Of a stretch of 64,000 nt of DNA, positions 10,502 to 21,113 are shown piece by piece. The stretch spans positions 65,566 through 129,565 of the forward strand of contig JACREZ010000032.1 of the NCBI GenBank assembly GCA_016212665.1. The letters run 5' to 3'. How positions within the stretch are numbered: position 1 is the first letter of the stretch; every line of letters begins with the position of its first letter. The position numbers and the translations under genes were made by a program. The notes beneath the pieces are model-generated. The model was not told the DNA's origin. It ran no database searches and worked only from the letters and a program-made list of their open reading frames with translations. The DNA comes from Ignavibacteriota bacterium. GTDB lineage: Bacteria; Bacteroidota; Ignavibacteria; UBA10030; SZUA-254.

Positions 10502-12712
10502 TTATCCTTGTTGCGCCGCCGCAAACATTTGTTGCGTTTCTTTCCTGCTATCGCGTGCGATGAACATTTCAAGTAATGCAAGCATCAGCGCAAGAGCGAG
10601 ACAATGCTTCCACAACTCGACACCGAAACGAGATTGAGTTACTGTTATTTGAACATCTTCCGGTTTATCAAGCGTTGTAATGGCTGCTGATTCTATGCCG
10701 AACTGCTTCCAGAATTTAGCCAGTGCATCCGATTCAATTTTTCTTCCATCCGATTCATTCTTGTTTGTATTGACTGCTATAATGGTTAGCAATTCGTTTT
10801 GATTATTGAGTTGATAAAATCCCGATTGTGTCAATTTTTTCAACCCGATTGATAACCCTGAACCTTGTCGTTGCGTACCTGACTGCTTTGTATTTTCACT
10901 CGATTGCGAAACCAATTCTTCCATTCCGTCGGGGGAATTCAACTTAAATGTTCCAGACATCAACGCGAGCGGAACGTTTTGCAGATTTACTACCGGTTCA
11001 TCACCGGTTGTAAACGAGTATTGAGTTTTTCCCCTCGATGAAGTATAAACAACCGAGCGATACATCAACGGCACAAAAATTCCCTTCACCGGAAAATCAG
11101 ACCAAGAGAGTGTTGGCGCGGCTGAGTAGAATAATATCTTTCCGCTTCCAAGATTATGTTCGGAGAAAAATGCTGAACCATCACTCAGAGAGATAATCAT
11201 GTGCGCTTCTTTTCCTACCGTACGAGCCAATGTTTTCAGAATCGAAGGAGATTCCACATTCAATTTATTTTGGGCTGATGTTGTTTGGTTCTTTTCAAAG
11301 ACTGTTGCAAACAACGGGTGGTCATAATCAATTTCCTTGAAAGAAAGCGACGAGGTTGACTGCTCGCTCCCTACAACTCGTTCAACCTGTGGAATCGAGA
11401 GCGAAGTAAGTAATGCTCTGCTTATTTCATCTTGCTGATAATTCGATGATGGGTAGAGTACTAATCCGCCGCCGCCTGAAACAAAGTTCTTTATTTTACC
11501 AACACTGCTCAACGTCAATCCATCAGGAAACGACACAACAAGAACATCGAACTTATTTATATCAAGAAATTGAAAATCTTTTGCTGTCGTTTGTTTGATG
11601 TCGAACAGCGCATGTCCTTCCTGATTATCTCCCGAACGAAGCGCGAGCATGGGGAACCTGCTTTCGTTTTGAGAATTGGAAACAACTGCGACAGATATTT
11701 TTTCAGGAACATGAATGGTGAAGTAACGGCGGTTGTCTTGTTCGACTGCATCAGTTTCTAACTCAACATATCCTTTAACAAAACCGGATTTTTTTGGTGT
11801 GAGTGAAAAATCAAGTGTTGCCGAACTCCATGGGTCAAGCCGCACGCTGTTTTGCGCCACACGTACTCCTTCAAGAAACACACTCACAACATAATTCTGC
11901 TGAACATTGCCGCTAAAGTTTCTGATGGAGGTAAATACATTCACCGGTTTATCTTTTTCGACAAGTGTGGTTTTCACTTCAACAGAATCAATCGCCACAT
12001 TTGCAGAAGCACTCGTTCCAAGATTGATAAGGAAGAATTTTACATTTACATCAAACAATGATTGTGAAGGTTGATTCTGAGGCGCAAGCATTTCTGTGAA
12101 CAGGGTCTGTTGCATGTCGCTGATGACATAAACTTCCTTGTTAGCATTCTTCGACTCGGACAGCAATTTCGAGGAGAGCCGAATTGCATCATTCAACGGA
12201 CGAGTTACGGATGAAATTGAAATGTCACTTACAATCTTTCTGAGCGAACGGAAATCGTGCGTGGCAGGTGAAATTGTAGCGTCCGGCAAATCGGAAAGTT
12301 TCAGGAGAAAGACCTCATCACCTTCAGTCAGTAAGTCAATCAACTTCAGGATATTCTCTTTTGATTGCTTGAGCAATTCGCCCCGTTCATCGGACGCACT
12401 CATGCTAAATGAATCATCAACAATAAATACTACTGAGGAATGAGCATTCCCTCCGATGGTTCCGAGCAATGTCCCCCGAAATGCAGGTCGTGCAAATGCC
12501 AATACCAACAACAAAACCAACAGCGTTCGAATAATCAGCAACAACAATTGCCGGATTTTCAGTTTTCGTATTTTCGTCTGTTGTAATTCCTTCAAAAACC
12601 GTAATGTGCTGAATTCGATGGTTCTGAGTTTCCGAAGGTTCAATAAATGGAGAATAACGGGAATTGCCGCAGCAAGTGTCCCAAAGAGAACAAGGGGATT
12701 AAGAAAAGTCAT
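10502..12712 (-). CDS. BatA N-terminal / vWA domain membrane protein
   Basis: MTFLNP...PVILHLL BatA motif, DDSFSM MIDAS, C-terminal LWK TM helix. Confidence 0.85.
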   Translation of the reverse strand: MTFLNPLVLFGTLAAAIPVILHLLNLRKLRTIEFSTLRFLKELQQTKIRKLKIRQLLLLIIRTLLVLLLVLAFARPAFRGTLLGTIGGNAHSSVVFIVDDSFSMSASDERGELLKQSKENILKLIDLLTEGDEVFLLKLSDLPDATISPATHDFRSLRKIVSDISISSVTRPLNDAIRLSSKLLSESKNANKEVYVISDMQQTLFTEMLAPQNQPSQSLFDVNVKFFLINLGTSASANVAIDSVEVKTTLVEKDKPVNVFTSIRNFSGNVQQNYVVSVFLEGVRVAQNSVRLDPWSSATLDFSLTPKKSGFVKGYVELETDAVEQDNRRYFTIHVPEKISVAVVSNSQNESRFPMLALRSGDNQEGHALFDIKQTTAKDFQFLDINKFDVLVVSFPDGLTLSSVGKIKNFVSGGGGLVLYPSSNYQQDEISRALLTSLSIPQVERVVGSEQSTSSLSFKEIDYDHPLFATVFEKNQTTSAQNKLNVESPSILKTLARTVGKEAHMIISLSDGSAFFSEHNLGSGKILFYSAAPTLSWSDFPVKGIFVPLMYRSVVYTSSRGKTQYSFTTGDEPVVNLQNVPLALMSGTFKLNSPDGMEELVSQSSENTKQSGTQRQGSGLSIGLKKLTQSGFYQLNNQNELLTIIAVNTNKNESDGRKIESDALAKFWKQFGIESAAITTLDKPEDVQITVTQSRFGVELWKHCLALALMLALLEMFIARDSRKETQQMFAAAQQG

Positions 12713-12786
12713 CTACGAGAGAAAATTGCATTCAAAGTTAAACATAGCCTGCTCAAATGACAGAAAAATTTCAGTAAAAAACAACA

Positions 12787-12815
12787 TTGCTTCGTGTAAT
12801 GAACTTTTGTATATT
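12787..12815 (+). promoter_or_regulatory. Promoter of tRNA-Pro
   Basis: TTGCTT-17 bp-TATATT just upstream of the tRNA. Confidence 0.5.
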
Positions 12816-12829
12816 TGCCACGTTCGATT

Positions 12830-12904
12830 CGGGATGTAGCGCAGCTCGGCTAGCGCGCCTGCCTTGGGCGCAGGAGGTCCCGGGTTCAAATCCCGGCATC
12901 CCGA
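12830..12904 (+). tRNA. tRNA-Pro (TGG), CCA not encoded
   Basis: Acceptor stem cgggatg/catcccg, anticodon arm cctgc-cttgggc-gcagg, GGTTCAAATC T-loop. Confidence 0.96.
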
Positions 12905-13146
12905 CTCTTACTTGTTGCGCCCATTTGATGTGGATTCTGAATATTACTTGTAGAACGGAATTCCTACATTAATTTTCTCCTTTGTCAACCCCGCTTCACC
13001 TGTTATTTTGAAAGATTTAACGCGGTGACAATATAAATCAGCAAAAGAACAAAATTTCTGTTGCTTTTTAGATTCAAATTCATTAATTTGCCAAACGAAA
13101 AATGCGTATGAGCATTTTTCAATAATATTTTTCAAAAGGATTTTTC

Positions 13147-13515
13147 ATGGATAATCAACATAAGGTCTTAGTAGTTGACGACGAAGAAGCTCTCCGTACA
13201 GTGTTGAGCGGTGAGTTAGTAAATGAAGGCTACAAAGTCGGTACCGCGGCGGACGGAGATGAAGCCATTGCAATCATCAAACAAGAACAGTTTGATATTG
13301 TTTTATTGGATATCAAAATGCCAAAAGTCGATGGCTTTGAAGTACTCAAATTTATTAAAAAGGATTATCCCGCAATCAAAGTTATTATGCTTACCGCCTT
13401 TGCAGATTTGAAAAATGCTATTGAATCAAAGAAACTTGGCGCAGAAGATTTTATCAGCAAGCCGTACGACCTTGTGGATTTACTCACCACAATCGAACGT
13501 GTGTTAGGGGAGTAA
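13147..13515 (+). CDS. Single-domain response regulator (receiver)
   Basis: VLVVDDE, LLDIKMP, ISKPY. Confidence 0.92.
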   Translation: MDNQHKVLVVDDEEALRTVLSGELVNEGYKVGTAADGDEAIAIIKQEQFDIVLLDIKMPKVDGFEVLKFIKKDYPAIKVIMLTAFADLKNAIESKKLGAEDFISKPYDLVDLLTTIERVLGE

Positions 13516-13546
13516 CTTTCTCTTTCAATGATGCTGAAGAGTAACG

Positions 13547-14887
13547 TTGCCGCAACGGTTTAACATACTCATTGTCGATGATGAGGCATCATTAACGAAA
13601 CTTCTACGGGAGGAACTTCAGGAACGGGAAACCTTCGAGGTTGACCTCGCCTTCGATGGTGTTGAAGCCATCAACCTTATTCAAAAAAAATTATACGATG
13701 TTGTTCTTTTAGATTTCAAAATGCCCCGCGTTGATGGCAAGGAAGTCTTAAAATTTGTCCAGGAACATTCTCCCTCCTCCCAAACAATTATTATCTCCAA
13801 TTTTGCTGACATTCAATTAGCAGTCGAGATGACCAAACTCGGCGCTATTGATGTTTTGGGGAAACCATTCGATATCAATCAACTTGAACAAAAAATCGAA
13901 CGGGCAATCGAGCATAAAAAGCTTGCCATTGACAATAAACTTCTTCAGGAAGAACTCGAACGGAAAGCAGGGACATCTGAAATTATCGGTAATAGTAAAG
14001 CAGTGGTTGACATATTACTCTACGGTAAACGAGTTGCGGAAAGTGATTCTGTTGTGCTCATTTTGGGACCGAGCGGAACCGGGAAAGAACTAATTGCAAA
14101 TTTTATCCATAAGAACAGCCCGCGCGTTCATTATCCTTTTGTGCCGGTGAATTGTTCCTCCATTCCTGATTCGCTCCTTGAAAGCGAATTGTTCGGGCAT
14201 GAAAAAGGAGCGTTCACAAACGCGTATACAGCCAAGCCGGGACTTGTTGAAGTCGCCAATGGCGGAACGTTGTTTCTTGATGAAGTTGGTGACATCAGTC
14301 AGACGGTTCAACCGAAATTGCTTCGCTTTTTAGAAAATGGGACATTTCGCCGCGTTGGAGGAACGAATGAATTGAAAGCGAACGTCAGGGTTCTCTCGGC
14401 AACAAATAAAAACCTTCAGGAAGAAGCGCGTGCTGGAAGATTCAGGGAAGATTTATTGTACCGATTGAATGTTTTCACACTTCGTATGCCCGCATTAAAA
14501 GACCATGTCGAAGATATTCCCTTACTCGTGGATTTCTTTCTTCAAAAGAAATCAAAAACAAAACAACCGAAGCAACTCAGCAAGGAAGCATTAAACGCGA
14601 TGATGATGTATAATTGGCCCGGGAATGTTCGTGAACTTGAGCATGTCATCGAGCGGGCAATTATACTTTCGAGCGGAGAAATCATCGAACAACACGACCT
14701 CCATCTTACCGACCAACAACCGGAACAGGGAACCAAAACCTTTTCGCTCGATGATATGGAAAAGGAACACATCGAAAAAGTTTTAAAAATTTTCAAGGGC
14801 AATCGTGCGAAAGCATCGGAAGCCCTTGGTATTAGTCAGAAAACTTTATACACGAAAATAAAAGAGTACGAAATTTCTGTAGAATAA
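13547..14887 (+). CDS. Sigma-54-dependent NtrC/AtoC family response regulator
   Basis: Receiver + GPSGTGKE, ELFGHEKGAFT, WPGNVREL, Fis HTH. Confidence 0.93.
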   Translation: MPQRFNILIVDDEASLTKLLREELQERETFEVDLAFDGVEAINLIQKKLYDVVLLDFKMPRVDGKEVLKFVQEHSPSSQTIIISNFADIQLAVEMTKLGAIDVLGKPFDINQLEQKIERAIEHKKLAIDNKLLQEELERKAGTSEIIGNSKAVVDILLYGKRVAESDSVVLILGPSGTGKELIANFIHKNSPRVHYPFVPVNCSSIPDSLLESELFGHEKGAFTNAYTAKPGLVEVANGGTLFLDEVGDISQTVQPKLLRFLENGTFRRVGGTNELKANVRVLSATNKNLQEEARAGRFREDLLYRLNVFTLRMPALKDHVEDIPLLVDFFLQKKSKTKQPKQLSKEALNAMMMYNWPGNVRELEHVIERAIILSSGEIIEQHDLHLTDQQPEQGTKTFSLDDMEKEHIEKVLKIFKGNRAKASEALGISQKTLYTKIKEYEISVE

Positions 14888-14904
14888 TATTTTCCACAGT
14901 CCGC

Positions 14905-15198
14905 TCAAGCCGGAACTTGTTTCCGGTTGCGCCATATCGTTTGAAAATATAAAAACAAGATTTCAATAATAGTCACCAACGATAGGGCCATTGCATCTCT
15001 GTCGAACATCGGTCCAAGTCCGGGTTTCTCTATGACTAATTTCAACAGAGAATCAGCCAACGTCCAACCTACCGAAAAAACGAGTACGATTAAAATAACA
15101 GAGAGAAATCCCCAGATAAAATTTGTTTCTTGCCAGCGCTTCGTGAACGAATAGATTGCGGCAACAGTGTGGAGATAAAAAACGAAAAGAATTATCAT
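14905..15198 (-). CDS. Small membrane protein
   Basis: 97 aa with three hydrophobic segments. Confidence 0.65.
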   Translation of the reverse strand: MIILFVFYLHTVAAIYSFTKRWQETNFIWGFLSVILIVLVFSVGWTLADSLLKLVIEKPGLGPMFDRDAMALSLVTIIEILFLYFQTIWRNRKQVPA

Positions 15199-15225
15199 TT
15201 GTGAGTGATAAGTTGTGAATTACGA

Positions 15226-15290
15226 GTAGCCCACAACTTCAGTTGTGGAGAAATCAAACAATAACAGCATCTAACCGCTTCAGCGGTCTC
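15226..15290. repeat. REP-like palindromes
   Basis: ccacaacttcagttgtgg and accgcttcagcggt hairpins. Confidence 0.5.
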
Positions 15291-15315
15291 GAAAATAGTG
15301 GCTCTGGATAATCGT

Positions 15316-16731
15316 TCAATCACGATGAAAGATAACAGCCCCGACTGTCTTAAACAAAATTTTCAAATCCAAACCGAGCGACCAGTTTTCGATGTAAAAT
15401 AAATCGTATCGGATTCGTTCTTCAAGCGACGTATCGCCGCGCAATCCGTGAATCTGCGCCCAACCCGTCATTCCAGTTTTTACTCGGTGACGGTCAAGAT
15501 ATTTCGGAATAATATTCTTGAACTTCTCCACGTAAAATGTACGTTCCGGTCTCGGACCGACTAAACTCATCTCGCCTTTCAAAACATTGAACAATTGAGG
15601 AATTTCATCAAGACTTGTCTTGCGAAGAATTTTTCCGATTGTTGTCTGGCGCGGGTCGTCTTTTATTCCGAGACCTACTTGATTGTCAAACTTCTCAGCG
15701 CCAACGTTCATCGTTCTGAATTTTATCATCTCGAACGGTTCACCATCAAACCCAATTCGCTCTTGTCTAAAAAAAACCGGACCTTTCGATGTTAGTTTGA
15801 TAACAATTGCAATCACCCCAAACAACCACGAACCAGCGACCACGAGCCCTAAACCGACAACCACATCAAATCCCCGTTTCATGATTCTCCCCCACGTCGT
15901 AATCGGCACCCCTTTAATTTTGATGAAAGGAATTCCTTCGATTTCTTTCACCTTCATTCCGCCCGCCATCAACTCAAGAATATCCGGCACCATCATAAAC
16001 TCAACATTGATGCCTTCACACTCGCGGAGTAATTTGTAGAGCGAATCATGTTCATCGAGATTCATCGCAACTAACACAAGTTCAATCTTCTGCCTGCTTA
16101 GCGAATCGGATACTTCATCAAATGTTCCGAGATAGTGTTCTTTGGCAAGCGATTCATCCTCAGCGCATTTCGTTTGAGCAAAGTACCCGATGAACTTGTA
16201 GCCAAGTAAAGAGTGATTGTGAAGTGTCTCATAAATCCTGTTCGCTGTTTGATTGTTGCCGATGATGACCGCGTTGCGGAGTTCTTTTCCCTTCTTGTAT
16301 AAAGATTTTTCTATTTGGAATACAAGAACACGTCCGATGAAAAGAAACAAGGAGGAAAATATCCAAAGCAAACCGAATACAATTCGGGAATAAGAAAACG
16401 CTCGGTAGAAAAACGCCGCGCTCATCACGAGCAACATTCCCAAACTAACCAACTTCAACACATTGACAAATTCATCAGCAAGCGAAACATTTCGCCTCGC
16501 TCCGTACATCTCTCTCGAATTAAACAGAACCCACCAAACAGGTATCACAACCAATGAACCATAAACATATGCATCGAGGGGCGGCGTATCTTCACTTACA
16601 TTGAGGAAGGAAAGAAAGTCGGTTTGAAATCTCAGCCAGTAAGAAAACAGAAATGCGAGTTCAATTGCTATTCCATCGAACAGAACAGCAAGTGTGGGAA
16701 TGAGAAAGTCGTTACGGCGCGGACTACTCAT
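15316..16731 (-). CDS. Undecaprenyl-phosphate glucose phosphotransferase (WcaJ/WbaP family)
   Basis: N-terminal TMs, KRGFD, KFRTM, SLDEIPQL, GEMSLVGPRPE, GMTGWAQ. Confidence 0.92.
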   Translation of the reverse strand: MSSPRRNDFLIPTLAVLFDGIAIELAFLFSYWLRFQTDFLSFLNVSEDTPPLDAYVYGSLVVIPVWWVLFNSREMYGARRNVSLADEFVNVLKLVSLGMLLVMSAAFFYRAFSYSRIVFGLLWIFSSLFLFIGRVLVFQIEKSLYKKGKELRNAVIIGNNQTANRIYETLHNHSLLGYKFIGYFAQTKCAEDESLAKEHYLGTFDEVSDSLSRQKIELVLVAMNLDEHDSLYKLLRECEGINVEFMMVPDILELMAGGMKVKEIEGIPFIKIKGVPITTWGRIMKRGFDVVVGLGLVVAGSWLFGVIAIVIKLTSKGPVFFRQERIGFDGEPFEMIKFRTMNVGAEKFDNQVGLGIKDDPRQTTIGKILRKTSLDEIPQLFNVLKGEMSLVGPRPERTFYVEKFKNIIPKYLDRHRVKTGMTGWAQIHGLRGDTSLEERIRYDLFYIENWSLGLDLKILFKTVGAVIFHRD

Positions 16732-16908
16732 CGAACGATATTCGATACTTGCCCGCCTGAGGCGGGTGAAAGATGTGCGATATGCGCTTCAAGTTTCTTG
16801 TTTCAGATTTCAAGTAAACCTGTTCAGATACTGACAACTGAATAATAAAAAATACTCACAACTAACCACTCACCAATTAACTATTTAACCAATTAACCAT
16901 TCAACCAA

Positions 16909-17511
16909 TCACGAGAACATTTCATTCTCAACAATCCCACAGATAATGTGAGCAACCGTAATGTGTCCTTCCTGAATTCGTTGCGTGTCATTGGATGGGA
17001 TGATAATGGGAATATCAACTAACTCTTTTGATGAGCCGCCTCCTTTTCCGAGAAATCCTATAACAATCATCCCTTTTTTCTTTGCTTCATTGACTGCGCG
17101 ATTCACATTTTCCGATTTGCCGCTCGTACTTATTGCAATGAGAACATCACCGGCATTTCCCAACGCTTCAACCTGCCGACTAAAAATATTATCGAATCCG
17201 ATGTCATTGCCACCTGCGGTGAGACATGAAGTGTCGGTTGTCAGCGCAATAGCGGGAAGTGCCGGTCTGTCCGGCTTGCTCATGCGAATGACAAGTTCGG
17301 TTGCAATGTGTTGCGAGTCTGCCGCGCTTCCGCCGTTGCCGCACAACAACACTTTTTTCTTGTTGTTGAACGCACCGATAATTGCATCAACTGCCTTCAG
17401 AATATCTCCTGCACATGCTTCAAACATTTTCTTCTTTGTCTCAGCACTTGCATCGAGTTCGTCCTGAATATATTTTTGTCTGTACAAAAGTGTTAACGGT
17501 AAATGAGCCAT
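16909..17511 (-). CDS. gmhA: Sedoheptulose 7-phosphate isomerase
   Basis: CGNGGSAADSQH, STSGKS, RIQEGH. Confidence 0.93.
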   Translation of the reverse strand: MAHLPLTLLYRQKYIQDELDASAETKKKMFEACAGDILKAVDAIIGAFNNKKKVLLCGNGGSAADSQHIATELVIRMSKPDRPALPAIALTTDTSCLTAGGNDIGFDNIFSRQVEALGNAGDVLIAISTSGKSENVNRAVNEAKKKGMIVIGFLGKGGGSSKELVDIPIIIPSNDTQRIQEGHITVAHIICGIVENEMFS

Positions 17512-17588
17512 AAAATCAATTCAAAAGTAAAAATGCAAAAGGTAAAAAATAAGATATCGAATCAGTGTAAATCCGTGTTGTATCTGTG

Positions 17589-20441
17589 TTATCCGTGGTG
17601 AATAAAATTAGCAACATCCTTCAACACCTCATCCAACTTCCCGACATCCTTCCCGCCTGCAGTTGCGAGATGTGGTCGTCCGCCGCCGCCGCCGCCGAGT
17701 TTCTTCGCAATCTCTCCGACGATTTTCCCTGCCTGTAATTTTTTCTCTTTGATGAGGTCATCAGTAACAACACAAACAAGCGAGACTTTTTCATCAATCA
17801 CAGATGCAAGTACACCAACGCCGGAGCCAAGTTTCGAGCGAAGTGTATCTCCGATGTTTTTCAACTCGTCAGCGGTTGAAACTTCAATCTTCGCCGCAAC
17901 GACTTTGAACCCGGCAACTTCACTTCCACCGCTAACAAGTGCATCGATATTTGATGACGCTTCCTTCACACGCTGCTTACTTAGTTCTTTCTTCAGATCA
18001 TGAGTTGATTTTGTAACCTGCTCGATTGTATGTTCCCTCACTTTGATTGCATGTTCAACCAACTCAATATCTTTTGCAGTCGGTGATTCTGTCGAAAGTG
18101 AAACAGTACCCAATGTAGGTCGAGACGCTGTCTCGACTCGCGCATTACCAAGTTGCTTCTCAAGTTCTTCTTTCTCCTCAATCAACTTGGAAATCTGCTC
18201 ATCCATCTGCCCGACTTTCTCAATCTGCTTTTGGATGTGCTGTTTCAATCCATCTCCCGTTACCGCTTCGACACGACGAACTCCACTTGCAACACTTCCT
18301 TCTGAAATAATTTTGAACAAGCCAATCTCACGCGTGTTTTTCACGTGCGTTCCGCCGCACAGTTCGACCGAAAATTTCGGGTCAATTTCAACAACACGAA
18401 CTGTGTCTCCATATTTTTCACCGAAGAACATTTTTAATTTCGGGTAACGACGTTTCGCTTCTTCGATGGACAACCAATCCTTCGGGTCGTTCAGTGCGTT
18501 GACGGTGATGTTCTCAGCAATCTTCTCATTAACGATTTCTTCAATTGCTTTAATTTGGTCTGCTGTCAGTTTTTCAAAATGATTGAAATCGAACCGCAAA
18601 TAATCCGGTGCGACAAGCGAACCTTGTTGATGCGAATGTTCACCAATCACCTGACGCAATGCTTCATGGAAGATGTGTGTGGCTGTGTGGTTCTTCTCAA
18701 TATTTCGACGTCTATCAGAATCAATTTTTACCTTTACTTCAAGGTGGATTATTCTGTTATCATAGCCTTGTATAAATAGGTCTGGAGTCTGTATTTTATG
18801 GATATACTGTCCAATATCTTTAAATGTGTCAGTGACCAAATAAGTTCTTGTACTAACATCTTGTGACCTAATTTGAAACGGCTCCACGGGTACATTTGAT
18901 ATTTCTATTATTCCAGTATCACCAACTTGACCTCCTGATTCGGCATAAAAAGGGGTTTCATCTAGAAAAACTCCTATGAATTTTGCATCAACATCACGGG
19001 CAAAACCCGCTACCCTTGTTATTAATTCATCTTTAACATATCCTGAGAAACGAATAGGTTGAGTTGTAGTACCATGACCCATTAGGGAAGCAGTTTTATG
19101 TTTCGATGCCCTTCCACGTTCCTTCTGTTCCTCCATCAACTCTTCAAACTTTGCACTATCAACCTCCAACATATTTTCCCGCGCCATCATCTCCGTCATA
19201 TCAATCGGGAAACCAAACGTGTCATGCAATTTGAAAGCAACTTCACCGGAAAAAATATTCTCCCCTGCACTCTTGCATCTCTGCACTTCTGCACTATGTA
19301 ATTCTATTCCTCTATCCAACGTAACATTAAAACTTTCCTCTTCCCCTTTAATCACTCGTTCAATATGCGATTGCTTCTCCTTAATCTCAGGATACTGTTC
19401 ACCCATCGAATCAACAACTGCCTGAACTACTTTGTAAATAAACGGCTCCCGCATTCCAAGATTTCTACCAAAGCGCGCGGCACGGCGGAGAATTCTTCGC
19501 ATCACATATCCGCGCCCTTCATTCGATGGAATTCCACCGTCGGCAATCGAAAAGGATAACATGCGGACGTGGTCAGCAATCACTCTCATAGCAATATCTA
19601 TCTCTGTCTGATGAGAGTTTTGAGAATCACTGCTCACCGCTCCCTGCTCACCGCTGTAGGGTTTTCCTGTCAACTCAGCAATCCGAGCAATGATTGGAGA
19701 AAACACATCCGTATCATAATTCGATTTCTTCTTTTGAAGCACCGCACAAATGCGCTCGAAACCCATTCCCGTATCAACATGCTTTGCCGGAAGCGGCGTT
19801 AAGTTTCCACTTGAATCCCGGTTGTATTGGATGAAAACAAGATTCCAGATTTCCATCACACGCGGGTCGCCAGCATTCACCAAATGTCCGCCTGATAAAT
19901 CCTCTGTCAAATCAACATGGATTTCCGAGCAGGGACCGCATGGACCGGTTTCACCCATCTCCCAGAAATTATCCTTCTTTCCGCAACGATGAATGTGCGA
20001 GTGTTCAATGTCGGTAACGGACTTCCAAAGTTGTTCTGCTTCGTCATCAGTTTCAAATACCGTAGCATGAAGCCGCTTTTTATCAAGTCCCCAAACCTGC
20101 GTAAGTAACTCCCACGCCCATTCGATTGCTTCCTTCTTGTAGTAATCGCCGAACGACCAGTTGCCGAGCATTTCAAAAAACGTGTGATGATATGTGTCGC
20201 GTCCAACCTCTTCAAGGTCGTTGTGCTTGCCGCTGACGCGAATACACTTTTGAGAATCCGCTGACCGAACGTAGTCCCGTTTTCCCGTTCCGAGAAATAC
20301 GTCTTTGAACTGGTTCATGCCCGCATTGGTAAAAAGCAACGTCGGGTCGTCGTATGGAATAACTGATGCGCTCGGAACAATCGTATGTCCGCGCTGTTTA
20401 AAGAACTCTAAAAATTGTTGTCTGATTTCTTTGGATGTCAT
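17589..20441 (-). CDS. alaS: Alanine--tRNA ligase
   Basis: FTNAGMNQFK, HHTFFEMLGNWSFGDY, DTGMGFER, ELCGGTH, GGGGG DHHA1. Confidence 0.97.
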   Translation of the reverse strand: MTSKEIRQQFLEFFKQRGHTIVPSASVIPYDDPTLLFTNAGMNQFKDVFLGTGKRDYVRSADSQKCIRVSGKHNDLEEVGRDTYHHTFFEMLGNWSFGDYYKKEAIEWAWELLTQVWGLDKKRLHATVFETDDEAEQLWKSVTDIEHSHIHRCGKKDNFWEMGETGPCGPCSEIHVDLTEDLSGGHLVNAGDPRVMEIWNLVFIQYNRDSSGNLTPLPAKHVDTGMGFERICAVLQKKKSNYDTDVFSPIIARIAELTGKPYSGEQGAVSSDSQNSHQTEIDIAMRVIADHVRMLSFSIADGGIPSNEGRGYVMRRILRRAARFGRNLGMREPFIYKVVQAVVDSMGEQYPEIKEKQSHIERVIKGEEESFNVTLDRGIELHSAEVQRCKSAGENIFSGEVAFKLHDTFGFPIDMTEMMARENMLEVDSAKFEELMEEQKERGRASKHKTASLMGHGTTTQPIRFSGYVKDELITRVAGFARDVDAKFIGVFLDETPFYAESGGQVGDTGIIEISNVPVEPFQIRSQDVSTRTYLVTDTFKDIGQYIHKIQTPDLFIQGYDNRIIHLEVKVKIDSDRRRNIEKNHTATHIFHEALRQVIGEHSHQQGSLVAPDYLRFDFNHFEKLTADQIKAIEEIVNEKIAENITVNALNDPKDWLSIEEAKRRYPKLKMFFGEKYGDTVRVVEIDPKFSVELCGGTHVKNTREIGLFKIISEGSVASGVRRVEAVTGDGLKQHIQKQIEKVGQMDEQISKLIEEKEELEKQLGNARVETASRPTLGTVSLSTESPTAKDIELVEHAIKVREHTIEQVTKSTHDLKKELSKQRVKEASSNIDALVSGGSEVAGFKVVAAKIEVSTADELKNIGDTLRSKLGSGVGVLASVIDEKVSLVCVVTDDLIKEKKLQAGKIVGEIAKKLGGGGGGRPHLATAGGKDVGKLDEVLKDVANFIHHG

Positions 20442-20677
20442 TTTCTCATTAGTTTTGGATATTTCTTTGGGTCAAAATACTTTTTGCCGTCCTTACTCAT
20501 TGTCCAAACATCGCTTATCTCTCTCATTTCGGGTAACACCTGCCCCGCTTCGGATTTCAAAATCAAAGATGTTTTCATTCTTCTTCGAAATTTCTTATGA
20601 GCGATATGTTTATCCTTCTTTTCAGATTCGGCAGTCGTGATACCTCTTATTGGAGTTTTTCTCCTCGAACGACTCAT
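20438..20677 (-). CDS. Small basic conserved hypothetical protein
   Basis: MSRSRRKTPIRGITTAESEKKDK...KDGKKYF; 4-bp overlap with alaS start. Confidence 0.7.
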   Translation of the reverse strand: MSRSRRKTPIRGITTAESEKKDKHIAHKKFRRRMKTSLILKSEAGQVLPEMREISDVWTMSKDGKKYFDPKKYPKLMRK

Positions 20678-20684
20678 AACATTC

Positions 20685-20987
20685 TTACACTTCTATCTGT
20701 GTATGCAAACCAATCTCTTCCAGCACACCGCTCACGCGGATACAATTCGGCATATCCCCTTCAAACACGGCTGATTTACCTCTTGAATGAACTTCCCATG
20801 CAATCGCGTTTGCACGTATGGAGTCGCAGTGAATCGCTTTGATAAGTTGTCCGATGACTTCATCGAATGAGTGAATATCATCATTAAAGAGTATTACCCG
20901 GGATGGCAAATCCATTCCGATTCCGATATCTTCTTCAAGTTCAGTATCGGTTTCGACTACGGAGTTATAAACGGCTGTGGTGTTCAT
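20685..20987 (-). CDS. clpS: ATP-dependent Clp protease adaptor ClpS
   Basis: VILFNDDIHSFDEV, EVHSRGKS. Confidence 0.88.
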   Translation of the reverse strand: MNTTAVYNSVVETDTELEEDIGIGMDLPSRVILFNDDIHSFDEVIGQLIKAIHCDSIRANAIAWEVHSRGKSAVFEGDMPNCIRVSGVLEEIGLHTQIEV

Positions 20988-21113
20988 TGGTTAATCGTGT
21001 CCAATTTAATCAAACTTGAGTCACTTTTCCAAAATGACTTTTTCGTTCTTCTTTTAAAATGTCATGTCGCCTGACATTGTTTTTCTCTCATGTTTGAAAT
21101 ATATTCTTGGCAC

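Noticed and set aside
12830-12904. tRNA-Pro as island integration site
   Set aside because: No integrase and no duplicated tRNA 3' end seen; flanks are ordinary genes.
12787-12972. 61-aa ORF
   Set aside because: Overlaps tRNA-Pro.
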